64,000 nucleotides of DNA from positions 377,305 to 441,304 of the forward strand of contig CAWJZH010000044.1 of assembly GCA_963847155.1 (NCBI GenBank), given 5' to 3'. Below the pieces are notes generated by a model, which had not been told where the DNA came from, made no database searches, and saw nothing but the letters and a program-made list of their open reading frames with translations. Source of the DNA: an uncultured Acidobacteriaceae bacterium. GTDB lineage: Bacteria; Acidobacteriota; Terriglobia; Terriglobales; Acidobacteriaceae. The position numbers were made by a program, and so were the translations under genes. Positions 42,434-51,297 of the stretch are shown in pieces (positions within the stretch are counted from its first letter, which is position 1; each line of letters starts with the position of its first letter).

Positions 42434-43410
42434 ATGATCGATGCCCACGACAAGATCTCGGTCGCTCTTTGCACGTATAACGGCGAACGATTTCTGGTCC
42501 GCCAGTTGGCTAGCATGCAGCAACAAACCAGAACGCCGGATGAACTGGTTGTCTGCGACGATTGCTCCACTGACAGCACCACCGGGATCCTGAACGACTT
42601 TGCAGCATCTGGCAGGGTTCCCGGTAAGGATTATCCGGAATGAACAGAATCTCGGCTTCGTTGCCAACTTTGAACAAGCAATCCGGTTGTGCCAGGGAGA
42701 CCTGATTGCGTTGTGCGATCAGGACGACATCTGGTATCCCGCACGTCTCGAGCGCTCACAGCAGGAATTCGCCGCGCATCCCGAGGCTGGCCTCGTGTTT
42801 TCTGACGCAGATGTGATGGACGATCGCGATGAATTGACCGGAACGCGATTGTGGACAAACTTTGGTTTCAACCGGGAACGAAAGCAACGACTGCTGGCGG
42901 GAGACTATACGATCCTGGCAAGGAACGCCTTTGTGACCGGAGCGACGGTCATGTTCCGCAGCCGCTTACGTCAGAACTGCTTGCCGGTCGGATCTGGCTG
43001 GCTGCATGATGAATGGATAGTCGGCGTCGCGGCCGCGGTCGCTGAGGTGCGGCCGATTGACTCCCCGTTGATTCGCTATCGCCAACATGCTGCCCAGCAA
43101 GTGGGCCTCGGCCCTAGACCGAGCCGCAGGGAAAGAAGTAGAGAGCCACTGGAGCGAGCTTTCCCGGCAGATAGGACGACTGGAAGAAATCTGTAACAGA
43201 TTGTCTCAACAATCTTTGACCCCCCAAGGCGAAGCGCTTTATGCCTGCTATCAGGCCCATTTGCGATTTGCGCGTTTTCGCTATGCGCTCCCCGCCCGGC
43301 GATTCGCGCGCTTGCCCGCCATGCTCAGGCAATACCGCGCGTATGCGGCTTGCGGCTCGGGTGTGCTTAGCATGGCGTCAGATTTGTTCTCAAAAAAAGT
43401 CAAGACGTGA
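42434..43410 (+). pseudogene. glycosyltransferase family 2, at least 2 frame changes
   Basis: 'KISVALCTYNGERFLVRQLASMQQQTRTPDELVVCDDCSTDST', 'ALCDQDDIWYPARLERSQQEFAAHPEAGLVFSDADVMDD', 'FVTGATVMFRSRLRQNCLP'. C-terminal part in frame 43087..43410. Confidence 0.75.
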
Positions 43411-43491
43411 CAGCTGATTCAGATCACACGCAATCCGTGGCCTGCTTGCCCACACGGATGGCGAGTCGTACCGGCCGCTTCTCCAGCCGGA

Positions 43492-44712
43492 TCAGCTTTT
43501 CGAGGAGGTCACGCCGTCGATATTCACTCCCGCCGTCACCTGCCGCTCTGCTTCCGTGCGCGAACTCTTCAGCCCCAGCGCCACCAGCAGCTTGGCCACA
43601 TTGATGTCGATCGGATGATTCTGGTCCTTGAGGGCAAGCTCCAGCGACGCGGCAACCGCAACCTGTTTCAAATCGACCGCGACCTCTTCCGCCACCCCTT
43701 CCACATTCCGCTGCTGGAACTGGAGCGCCCAGTCCTCATCGGCTTTGCGCGCCGCAGCCTCCGAATGGAATCCGGCGACAATGGTGCGCGCCAGCCTCTT
43801 CTTGGCTTCCATGGGGTGCAGCGCGCCGCTCGCAACATCTGCCTGCATCTGTTCAATCTCGCTCTGGCGTACGTCGGTCAGCAGAAGCCAATACCGCCAC
43901 ATAAGCTCATCGGAAATGGACATCAGCTTGCCATACATCTCCTCCGCCGGCTCGTGAATGCCAATCGCGTTGTTCAGCGACTTGGACATCTTCTGCACTC
44001 CATCCAGACCCTCAATGATCGGCGTCATCAGGACGATCTGCGAAGGTTGGTCATAGTGCCGTTGCAATTCCCGCCCGATCAGCAGGTTGAACCTCTGGTC
44101 CGTGCCGCCCAGCTCCACGTCTGCCCGCAGAGCCACCGAATCGTATCCTTGCGCCAGGGGATAGAGCATCTCATGCAGAGAAATCGGCTGTTCGTTGTTG
44201 AACCGCTGATGGAATTCCTCCCGCTCGAGCATCTGCGAGACGGTAAAACGCGCCGCCAGCCGAATGATGCCTTCAAATCCGAGCGTCGATAGCCATTCCG
44301 AGTTGAAGCGAACTTCGGTTTTGTCCCGGTCGAGTATTTTGAAAACCTGTTCGGTGTAGGTTTTCGCATTCTCGGTTGATTTCTTCGCTGGTGAGCGGCT
44401 TACGGGTCTGACGAGCGTCCCGGTGGGGTCACCGATCAGCGAGGTGAAGTCTCCGATCAGAAAGATGACCTGGTGACCCAGATCCTGAAAGTGCTTCAGC
44501 TTGCGCATCAGCACCGTGTGGCCCAGGTGTAAATCGGGCGCGGTGGGGTCAAACCCCGCCTTCACCCGCATAGGCTGGCCGCTTTTCCGGGAAAGATTCA
44601 GGCGCTCCTGCAGGTCGGAGACGCGGATGATCTCGGCCGCGCCCTTCTGCAGGTAGTCCAACTGCTCATCAACTGGCAAAAAGTCCATGTCTTCCGCAGT
44701 ATAAGGTTTCAT
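43492..44712 (-). CDS. tyrS: tyrosine--tRNA ligase with a compensated double frameshift (about 44374-44420)
   Basis: Start ATG at 44712 ('[11 protein letters not shown]...'). '[12 protein letters not shown]' (HIGH), 'KMSKS', C-terminal S4-like domain. Fifteen codons after 'IGDPTG' read out of frame; the shifted frame gives the consensus-like '[15 protein letters not shown]'. Confidence 0.93.
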   Translation of the reverse strand: MKPYTAEDMDFLPVDEQLDYLQKGAAEIIRVSDLQERLNLSRKSGQPMRVKAGFDPTAPDLHLGHTVLMRKLKHFQDLGHQVIFLIGDFTSLIGDPTGTLVRPVSRSPAKKSTENAKTYTEQVFKILDRDKTEVRFNSEWLSTLGFEGIIRLAARFTVSQMLEREEFHQRFNNEQPISLHEMLYPLAQGYDSVALRADVELGGTDQRFNLLIGRELQRHYDQPSQIVLMTPIIEGLDGVQKMSKSLNNAIGIHEPAEEMYGKLMSISDELMWRYWLLLTDVRQSEIEQMQADVASGALHPMEAKKRLARTIVAGFHSEAAARKADEDWALQFQQRNVEGVAEEVAVDLKQVAVAASLELALKDQNHPIDINVAKLLVALGLKSSRTEAERQVTAGVNIDGVTSSKS

Positions 44713-44724
44713 AGGGAGAGACCC

Positions 44725-45915
44725 ATGGCAGAGGATTGGGACATAGCGCGCTTGCGGGAGGAAACCGCAGGCTGCGAGCAGACAGCCTTCTTTAACAACG
44801 CCGGCGCGAGCCTGCAGCCGCGGCCTGTAGTCGCGCGAGTGATCGAGCACCTCCGTTTGGAGGAGCAGGTAGGCGGCTACGAAGCGGCCGACCGAGTGGT
44901 CCAGGAGCTCGCGGGCGTCTACAACAGCGTAGCCCGGCTGTTGCATTGCGCTCCGGAGGAGATCGCCTTGCAGGAAAACGCGACCCGCGCCTGGGAGATG
45001 GCCTTTTACTCCCTGCGCTTCGCTCCCGGCGACCGCATCGTGACCGCGGCCAACGAATACGCCAGCAACTACATCGCCTTCCTGCAGGTGGCGCAGCGTA
45101 CCGGCGCTGAAATTCACGTGGTGGAGAGCGACGCAGCCGGCGAAGTGGACCTGGAGGCCCTCCGCAACCTGCTCGACGATCGCGTCAAGTTGATTGCCCT
45201 CACCCATGTGCCCACCAACGGGGGCCTGGTACAGCCGGCCGCACGAGTCGGCGAACTGGCACGTGCGGCAGGCATTCCGTTCCTGCTCGACGCCTGCCAA
45301 TCGGCGGGGCAGATGGACCTCGACGTGGATGCCCTGGGTTGCGATATGTTATCCGCGACCGGGCGCAAATACCTCCGTGGACCGCGTGGCACCGGCTTTC
45401 TCTATGTGCGCAGCGCTTTGCTGCCGCAGATGGATCCGCCATCGCTCGATCTGCACGCAGCCACCTGGGTTGCGCAAGGCAAATTTGAGGTGCGCACCGA
45501 CGCAAAGAAGTTCGAAACCTGGGAATCGGCTGCGGCCACCCGGCTCGGATTCGGCGTAGCCATCGAATATGCGTTGGCGCTGGGTCTCAAGAAGATCGAG
45601 CGCCGGGTTCAGCATCTGGCCGCACTCCTGCGGGAGCAGTTGGCCGCCATAAAGGGTGTCGCCGTGCGCGATCTGGGCCGCGTTCCCTGCGGAATTGTGA
45701 CTTTTACCTGCGACGGTCATTCCCCCGGAGAAGTGATGCAGCGGCTGAAGGCCAACGGAATCGCGGTGCGAACCGTCGAACGGGCTTCCGCCCGCATTGA
45801 TATGGAACAGCGGGGTCTCGATGAGTTGGTGAGGGCCTCGGTCCACTACTACAACACCGAGGCCGAAATCGAACGCCTGTGCCAAGCAATCCGCCGCATC
45901 GGCACTGGAGCGTAG
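44725..45915 (+). CDS. class V aminotransferase-fold PLP enzyme (cysteine desulfurase/epimerase-like)
   Basis: 396 aa. '[14 protein letters not shown]', '[14 protein letters not shown]', '[39 protein letters not shown]' (PLP-Lys region). Confidence 0.8.
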   Translation: MAEDWDIARLREETAGCEQTAFFNNAGASLQPRPVVARVIEHLRLEEQVGGYEAADRVVQELAGVYNSVARLLHCAPEEIALQENATRAWEMAFYSLRFAPGDRIVTAANEYASNYIAFLQVAQRTGAEIHVVESDAAGEVDLEALRNLLDDRVKLIALTHVPTNGGLVQPAARVGELARAAGIPFLLDACQSAGQMDLDVDALGCDMLSATGRKYLRGPRGTGFLYVRSALLPQMDPPSLDLHAATWVAQGKFEVRTDAKKFETWESAAATRLGFGVAIEYALALGLKKIERRVQHLAALLREQLAAIKGVAVRDLGRVPCGIVTFTCDGHSPGEVMQRLKANGIAVRTVERASARIDMEQRGLDELVRASVHYYNTEAEIERLCQAIRRIGTGA

Positions 45916-45918
45916 CCC

Positions 45919-46356
45919 ATGGATGCAGAACGCCTACGGGCCTACCTCCTGCGCCTGCCCCACGTTGTCGAAACCATGCAGTGGGGCACAAACCTCGTCT
46001 TCTGGGTGGGGGACAAGGCGCTCGGCGGCAAAATGTTTGCCGTCTTGAACCTTGACGACGGCCAAAAGGCAGTACTCTCCTTCGCGGCCGGGCCGGAACG
46101 ATATGCCGAGCTTCTCGAAATAGAAGGCGTTTTTCCGGCCCCATATCTGGCCCGAGCCCATTGGGTGGCACTCAAGGATTGGGGAGTCTTCCGCAGCAGC
46201 GAACTGGAAGAGTTACTCGAACAAGGGCGCCGGCTGATCTACGACAAACTGCCAACAAAGACCAGGGATGTGCTGGCAATGCCGCCCTCGGCACAACGAA
46301 AACTGTTGAAGGAAAAAAAGAAGCTGCTGGCCGCACCCGCGGCCAAGGGCAGGTAG
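45919..46356 (+). CDS. MmcQ/YjbR family DNA-binding protein
   Basis: 145 aa. '[38 protein letters not shown]' is typical of the YjbR fold family. Confidence 0.7.
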   Translation: MDAERLRAYLLRLPHVVETMQWGTNLVFWVGDKALGGKMFAVLNLDDGQKAVLSFAAGPERYAELLEIEGVFPAPYLARAHWVALKDWGVFRSSELEELLEQGRRLIYDKLPTKTRDVLAMPPSAQRKLLKEKKKLLAAPAAKGR

Positions 46357-46383
46357 ACGCCGGCTGGTGGGTGCGCGGCAGTT

Positions 46384-46497
46384 ACGGGCTTTGCCGGCTG
46401 CGGAAAATTCATTTCAAAGGATACGGCAAGGTAGGTACGGGCTTCAGCCCGTACATTCACCCATCGCAATCATCCGGCCTTTAGGCCCTGAGGTGCG
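46384..46497. repeat. dispersed ~110-nt intergenic repeat, copy A (contains perfect hairpin gtacgggcTTCAgcccgtac)
   Basis: Aligns with 55534-55639 and partially with 62766-62814. Shared blocks 'acggg(c)ttt..aggctgc', 'gaagg.t.cgggcttcagcccgtacatt' and 'gg(g/c)ctttag(c/g)ccctgagg'. Confidence 0.8.
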
Positions 46498-46548
46498 CTC
46501 TTGTCGGTTGCGACCGTTTGTACAATTGAATCATCAGGAGACGCTTGG

Positions 46549-47355
46549 ATGGAATCAGGGCTTCGTAGACGGTCGTTGCAGCTTGTCAGCTTTTTACTCA
46601 TCGTGACTTTGTTGCATCCGGCCGGAGCCCAGTCCCAGGACCAGGATGGTGCAGCTAACCAGAAGAAAGCCCGGGCAACGCTGGATGCCATGATCACCGC
46701 CCTGGGCGGTCAACGGTGGCTCACGCTCACCAGCAGCATGCAGCAGGGCCGCACCTCGGGTTTCTACCAGGGCAAGCCAACGGGGGCAACCGCGGAGTTC
46801 TACGAAATCCAGAAATATCCCAACCAAACCCGCATCGAGCTGGGAAAAAAGCGCGACGTGCTACAGATCATCGACGGAGACAAGGTTTGGGAAGTCACCT
46901 ACAAGGGTAAGAAAGAGCTGCCCCCGGACCAGGTTCAGGACCTCATGCGCCGCCGCGATCATTCCATACCGACAGCCATGCGCGTCTGGCTTAACGATCC
47001 CAGAACCGTCCTCATCTATGGTGGCCAAAGCCTGGTGCAGCGCCACCTGGCAGACCAGGTCACGCTCATCAACGCAGAAAACGACAGCATTACCATCCAG
47101 ACCGATGCCGAGACCCACCTGCCCCTGCGACGCAGCTATCAATGGCGCGATCCGCTTTACAAAGACAAGAATACCGACGCGGAAGAATACGACCGTTACG
47201 AGATGGTGGATGGCTTACCCACCGCCTACGCCATCACCCGCTATCACAATGGCGACATGACCAATCAGCGCTTCCTCGCCCGCGCGGCCTACGATATTCC
47301 GTTGACCCCGGACATGTTTAATCCCGATCAAGCCGCGGGCAAAATCAAGAAATAG
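46549..47355 (+). CDS. secreted LolA-fold/outer-membrane lipoprotein-sorting-like protein (hypothetical)
   Basis: ATG at 46549 gives the signal peptide 'MESGLRRRSLQLVSFLLIVTLLHPAGAQ'. Beta-rich body. The family call is weak. Confidence 0.4.
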   Translation: MESGLRRRSLQLVSFLLIVTLLHPAGAQSQDQDGAANQKKARATLDAMITALGGQRWLTLTSSMQQGRTSGFYQGKPTGATAEFYEIQKYPNQTRIELGKKRDVLQIIDGDKVWEVTYKGKKELPPDQVQDLMRRRDHSIPTAMRVWLNDPRTVLIYGGQSLVQRHLADQVTLINAENDSITIQTDAETHLPLRRSYQWRDPLYKDKNTDAEEYDRYEMVDGLPTAYAITRYHNGDMTNQRFLARAAYDIPLTPDMFNPDQAAGKIKK

Positions 47356-47494
47356 CCGGGTATAGCAAAACCAGAGATGCTGTATGCCGAAATCACCGTG
47401 ACGCGACCATCAGGGAGCGGCGACATTGAGCAAACTCAGCAGGGCACACCTTCTCTGGTTTTGCTCTGAATGCTCTACAATATGCCCTGCGACT

Positions 47495-48061
47495 ATGGAA
47501 GACGTGAACCCCAGGCCGGAGGCGCCGCGCGAGTTGGACATACGCCAGATCATGTCCATTCTGCCCCACCGCTATCCCTTTCTCCTGATTGACCGGATAG
47601 TGGAAAGCTCCCGCAAGAAACGTATCGTGGCCATCAAGAACGTCACCATCAACGAGCCATTCTTCCAGGGGCATTTTCCTGACTACGCCATCATGCCAGG
47701 AGTGCTGATGGTGGAAGCAATCGCCCAGGCAGGCGGAGTTCTCCTGCTGCCCGAGGTTCCGGAACACGAAACCAAGCTATTGGTCTTCTCCGGAATTGAC
47801 CGGGCTCGCTTCCGGCGGCCGGTGGTGCCCGGCGACCAGCTGCGCATCGAGGTGGACGTGTTGAACTGGAGACCCCTGGCCGCACGGCTTGAGGGCAAGG
47901 TCTACGTAGAAGGCAAGTTGGCGTGTGAAGCCACCATCCTGTGTGCGGTGGTGCCTCGGCCATCCCGCATCGGCAATGAAGCACCCGTCATTAAAGCCGC
48001 GCCCGCGCCTGTAGTTGATCTAGTCGTCGATCCCTCCCTGGAGCCGGTGAGTCACGAGTGA
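47495..48061 (+). CDS. fabZ: 3-hydroxyacyl-ACP dehydratase
   Basis: 'ILPHRYPFLLIDRIVE', 'NEPFFQGHFPDYAIMPGVLMVEAIAQAGG'. About 40-aa C-terminal extension. The stop overlaps the lpxA GTG start. Confidence 0.92.
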   Translation: MEDVNPRPEAPRELDIRQIMSILPHRYPFLLIDRIVESSRKKRIVAIKNVTINEPFFQGHFPDYAIMPGVLMVEAIAQAGGVLLLPEVPEHETKLLVFSGIDRARFRRPVVPGDQLRIEVDVLNWRPLAARLEGKVYVEGKLACEATILCAVVPRPSRIGNEAPVIKAAPAPVVDLVVDPSLEPVSHE

Positions 48062-48834
48062 GCATTCACCCAACAGCCATTGTGGCTGCGACGGCTTCCA
48101 TTCCAGAGTCCTGTAACGTAGGTCCCTATTGCACCATCGGTCCTGATGTCGAGCTGGGCGAGAACTGCGAACTGGTCTCCCACGTCGTTCTGGACGGCAA
48201 GACGCGCCTCGGGGCCCGGAATCGCGTCTACTCCTTCGCCTGTCTGGGAGTCGCCCCCCAGGATCTGAAATATCGCGGAGAACCGACGGCCCTCGAAATC
48301 GGCGATGACAACACCATCCGCGAATACGTCACCATCTCCCGCGGCACACAGGGCGGCGGTGGCACCACCCGCGTGGGCAGCCACTGCCTGATCATGGCTT
48401 ACACCCACATCGGTCACGACAGCACCATTGGCAACCACTGCATCCTGGCCAACGGCGCTACCTTGGCCGGCCACGTCACCGTGGAGGACAATGCCAGCGT
48501 CGGCGCGCTCTGCCCGGTGCATCAGTTCTGCTGTATCGGCAAGCATGCCTATGTGGGCGGCGGCACCACCATCACCCAGGATGTTCTCCCCTTCTCCCTT
48601 ACCTCGGCCAGGCGCGAGACCCATGCCTATAGCCTCAACCGCATCGGCCTGGAGCGTTCCGGCTTCAGCGCGCCGCAGTTGAAGGCCCTGCAGCACGCGT
48701 ATCGCATCCTGCTGGCGGCCAAACTGAATACCTCGCAGGCGTTGGAGCGCTTACGGGGCGAAGGCGAACTGGAGGGCTCCGTGGCGTACCTGGTGGCCTT
48801 TATCGAGCGTTCCCAACGCGGTGTCATCAAGTAG
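48058..48834 (+). CDS. lpxA: acyl-ACP--UDP-N-acetylglucosamine O-acyltransferase
   Basis: 258 aa. Left-handed beta-helix hexapeptide repeats, 'HVVLDGKTRLG', 'YGGGTTITQDVLPFS', C-terminal helical domain. Confidence 0.92.
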   Translation: MSIHPTAIVAATASIPESCNVGPYCTIGPDVELGENCELVSHVVLDGKTRLGARNRVYSFACLGVAPQDLKYRGEPTALEIGDDNTIREYVTISRGTQGGGGTTRVGSHCLIMAYTHIGHDSTIGNHCILANGATLAGHVTVEDNASVGALCPVHQFCCIGKHAYVGGGTTITQDVLPFSLTSARRETHAYSLNRIGLERSGFSAPQLKALQHAYRILLAAKLNTSQALERLRGEGELEGSVAYLVAFIERSQRGVIK

Positions 48835-48841
48835 GAGCAGC

Positions 48842-49720
48842 GTGACCCCTGCATCGATCACCAGGCTGGGTTTGATCGCCGGCAATGGGCGATTTCCGTT
48901 TCTGCTGCTCGATGCCGCGCGTGCTCACGGCGTCGAAGTGGTCGTTGCCGCCATCAAGGAAGAAACCAACCCGGAGATGGATGCACGCGCCGCAGCCGAC
49001 CCCGGCATACGCGTCTACTGGCTCTCTCTGGGCGAGCTATCGCGGTTGATCGAAACCTTTCAGCAGCAAGGCGTGACCCAGGCGGTCATGGCAGGCCAGG
49101 TCAAACATAAGCAAATCTTCTCCAGCATCCGCCCGGATTGGCGGCTGGCCAAGTTGCTGTTAAACCTGCGCACCCGAAACACTGATATGTTGCTGGGCGC
49201 CGTTGCCAGGGTCCTGAGCGACGAGGGGATTGAGCTGATCTCCTCCACCGCCTACCTGGAGCCGTTGTTGGCCAGGGCAGGCGTGTTGACGTCGCGCGCG
49301 CCCACGCCGGAAGAGCAACAGGATCTTGCCTATGGACGTGAAGTGGCCGCCGCCCTCGCTGGCTATGACATAGGACAGACCGTGGTGGTGGCTGGGCAGG
49401 CCTGCGTCGCGGTCGAGGCCATGGAAGGTACCGATGCCACGATCGAACGCGCTGGAGCCATCCTGCGCTCTCTGGAGCCCGAAGGAGAGGCTTCTGCCTC
49501 AGGGTCCACTCTCGACCGCAGGCTAACTGTAGTCAAAGTTGCGAAGCCGAAGCAGGACATGCGCTTCGATGTGCCGGTTGTCGGCCCCAGGACCATCGAA
49601 GTAATGCGCCTTGCCGGGGCCACCTGCCTCTCGATCGAGGCTGGTCGAACCCTGATCTTCGACCTGGATACGGTCCAGCATCTGGCCGCGGCAGGCGGCA
49701 TCTCGATCGTCGCGGTTTAG
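48842..49720 (+). CDS. lpxI: UDP-2,3-diacylglucosamine diphosphatase LpxI (DUF1009)
   Basis: 'LGLIAGNGRFPFLLLDAARAHGVEVVVAAIKEE', 'YDIGQTVVVAGQACVAVEAMEGTDATIERAG'. GTG at 48842 is preceded by AGGAG; the track start is 48821. Confidence 0.85.
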   Translation: MTPASITRLGLIAGNGRFPFLLLDAARAHGVEVVVAAIKEETNPEMDARAAADPGIRVYWLSLGELSRLIETFQQQGVTQAVMAGQVKHKQIFSSIRPDWRLAKLLLNLRTRNTDMLLGAVARVLSDEGIELISSTAYLEPLLARAGVLTSRAPTPEEQQDLAYGREVAAALAGYDIGQTVVVAGQACVAVEAMEGTDATIERAGAILRSLEPEGEASASGSTLDRRLTVVKVAKPKQDMRFDVPVVGPRTIEVMRLAGATCLSIEAGRTLIFDLDTVQHLAAAGGISIVAV

Positions 49721-49798
49721 TCTTGTGCTGCTGGACACAGGAAGACGAAAGCGGTCTAATCAGTTGGGCCTGAAATCCAACAATTTGCGGAGATTCCT

Positions 49799-50350
49799 GT
49801 GAAATCAACGAGAGTAGCCTTTGTCGCCGTCCTGCTGGTTCTGCTAGCCGGCGCTGCTTTAAGCATCCGCGGAGTCGCGGACGATGCCGTCCTGCCGCAA
49901 GCCGGCCAAGTGGCCCCCAACTTTACCCTCCCCTCGCAGGACGGTTCCAAAATCAGCCTCGACAGTTTTCGCGGCAAGTGGGTCGTGCTCTACTTCTATC
50001 CCAAGGACATGACCACCGGCTGCACCATTGAAGCCCACAACTTTCAGCAGGACATTCCCAAATATCAACAACTGGATGCCGTCGTCGTCGGTGTAAGCGT
50101 AGACTCGACCGACAGCCACAAGGAATTCTGTGCCAAGGAAGGCCTGAGCTTCAAGCTGCTGAGCGACCAGGACAAAACGGTCGTAGCCCAATACGGCTCC
50201 ATGGGCGATCACAACGGCATGAAGATGGCGAAGCGCAACACCTTCCTCATCGATCCCCAGGGCAAAATTGTCCAGGTATGGACCGCCGTAAACCCGCAAC
50301 AACACAGCGAACAGGTGCTGGCAGCACTGACCGGCTACGAAAAGAAATAG
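49799..50350 (+). CDS. bcp: secreted Bcp-type peroxiredoxin (thioredoxin-dependent thiol peroxidase)
   Basis: Signal peptide 'KSTRVAFVAVLLVLLAGAALS'. 'WVVLYFYPKDMTTGCTIEAHNF' peroxidatic Cys motif. Confidence 0.85.
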   Translation: MKSTRVAFVAVLLVLLAGAALSIRGVADDAVLPQAGQVAPNFTLPSQDGSKISLDSFRGKWVVLYFYPKDMTTGCTIEAHNFQQDIPKYQQLDAVVVGVSVDSTDSHKEFCAKEGLSFKLLSDQDKTVVAQYGSMGDHNGMKMAKRNTFLIDPQGKIVQVWTAVNPQQHSEQVLAALTGYEKK

Positions 50351-50541
50351 TCGGATCACGGCGGACCCGCGACAAGGCCAGTCGAAAACAGGACGGGTGC
50401 CCCATGTTCGCGATGGCGTACATGGGCCGAAAACGATGGGCGTAGCCCTTCAATAGCTTTCCTCGCTTGCCTTGAAACCCACCAGGTTCACACCAACGAT
50501 CTAGTCACCGCAACACGTCAAAGAACTAAAACCCCCAGACG

Positions 50542-50574
50542 CAAAAACGCCCGGCTGGCCGCCGGGCTCTTTTG
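50542..50574. terminator. bidirectional rho-independent terminator
   Basis: 7-bp GC stem gcccggc(50549-55)/gccgggc(50561-67), 5-nt loop. Flanked by 'caaaaac' upstream and 'tcttttgc' downstream, giving a U-tract on both strands. Lies 25 nt past the stop of the H1-like gene. Confidence 0.7.
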
Positions 50575-50598
50575 CTTGCCTGTTTTTGTAAAGAACTA

Positions 50599-51171
50599 CT
50601 ACTTCTTTTTGACTGATTTCTTCGCCGGAGCCTTCTTAGCTGCCTTCTTGGCCGACGACTTCTTTGCAGCTTTCTTTGCTGCCTTCTTTGCCGGAGACTT
50701 CTTTGCCGCCGACTTCTTGGTTGCTGCTTTCTTCACTGCCAAAGGAATACCTCGTTTGTTGGTAGATTTTTTACTGCTGGCGCTCTTCTTGTTGCCGACT
50801 GCTTTCGCAGCCTTTCTGCCGCTTTTCGCGCCTTTGGTGCTCTTCTTCGCGGCAGATTTCGTTGCGGCCTTTTTGGCCGGAGCTTTTGCCGCTGCCTTCT
50901 TAACCGCTGGAGCCGGAGCAACGGTCTTCTTTGCCGCAGCTTTTTTCGCTGGCGCTTTTTTCGCCGGTGCCTTCTTGGCCGGCGGTGCCGGCGGTCCGAC
51001 AGGGGCTGGCGGAAGCAGTTCAGCGATCACAGGAGTCGAGGAGACGATCACGCTTACTTCTTCTTCCTCTTCATCGTCATCGAACCCGTCCTCCAACTCA
51101 TCCGGGTACTCGTCCGCCTCGGCTTCAAACTCATTTTCAGCGTGTGCGTACAGTTTAAGTTCGTCCTGCAT
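50599..51171 (-). CDS. histone H1-like Lys/Ala/Pro-repeat protein with acidic N-terminal domain
   Basis: ATG at 51171 preceded by GGAGG (7-nt spacer). 'MQDELKLYAHAENEFEAEADEYPDELEDGFDDDEEEEE' then 'PAKKAPAKKAPAKKAAAKK...KKAAKKAAKKSSAKKAAKKAPAKKSVKKK'. Confidence 0.8.
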   Translation of the reverse strand: MQDELKLYAHAENEFEAEADEYPDELEDGFDDDEEEEEVSVIVSSTPVIAELLPPAPVGPPAPPAKKAPAKKAPAKKAAAKKTVAPAPAVKKAAAKAPAKKAATKSAAKKSTKGAKSGRKAAKAVGNKKSASSKKSTNKRGIPLAVKKAATKKSAAKKSPAKKAAKKAAKKSSAKKAAKKAPAKKSVKKK

Positions 51172-51297
51172 TCTTATGCCTCCAAGGCTTTGGTTGCTAC
51201 GGATTCGGATCGCAGAGAACCACTTTCCATCATACTTGCCTGCGGCGCGGATTATAGCAACAGCATGCAACGGGATGCCAATGAACGCAAGTGAGAA

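Noticed and set aside
27700-43400. Phase variation of glycosyltransferases via homopolymer slippage as the explanation for the frameshifts
   Set aside because: The tracts involved are only 2-4 nt long. The same indel density also hits non-glycan essential genes (gatC, gatA, tyrS, FmdE-like) in the same block, which favours a sequence-quality explanation.
43615-44292. Plus-strand ORFs antisense to tyrS. Other long antisense ORFs of the same kind: 16456..17013, 48052..48696, 51646..52437, 54302..55018, 58213..58902, 61005..61712
   Set aside because: All lie opposite strongly supported housekeeping genes and have arginine/glycine-rich, motif-less translations.
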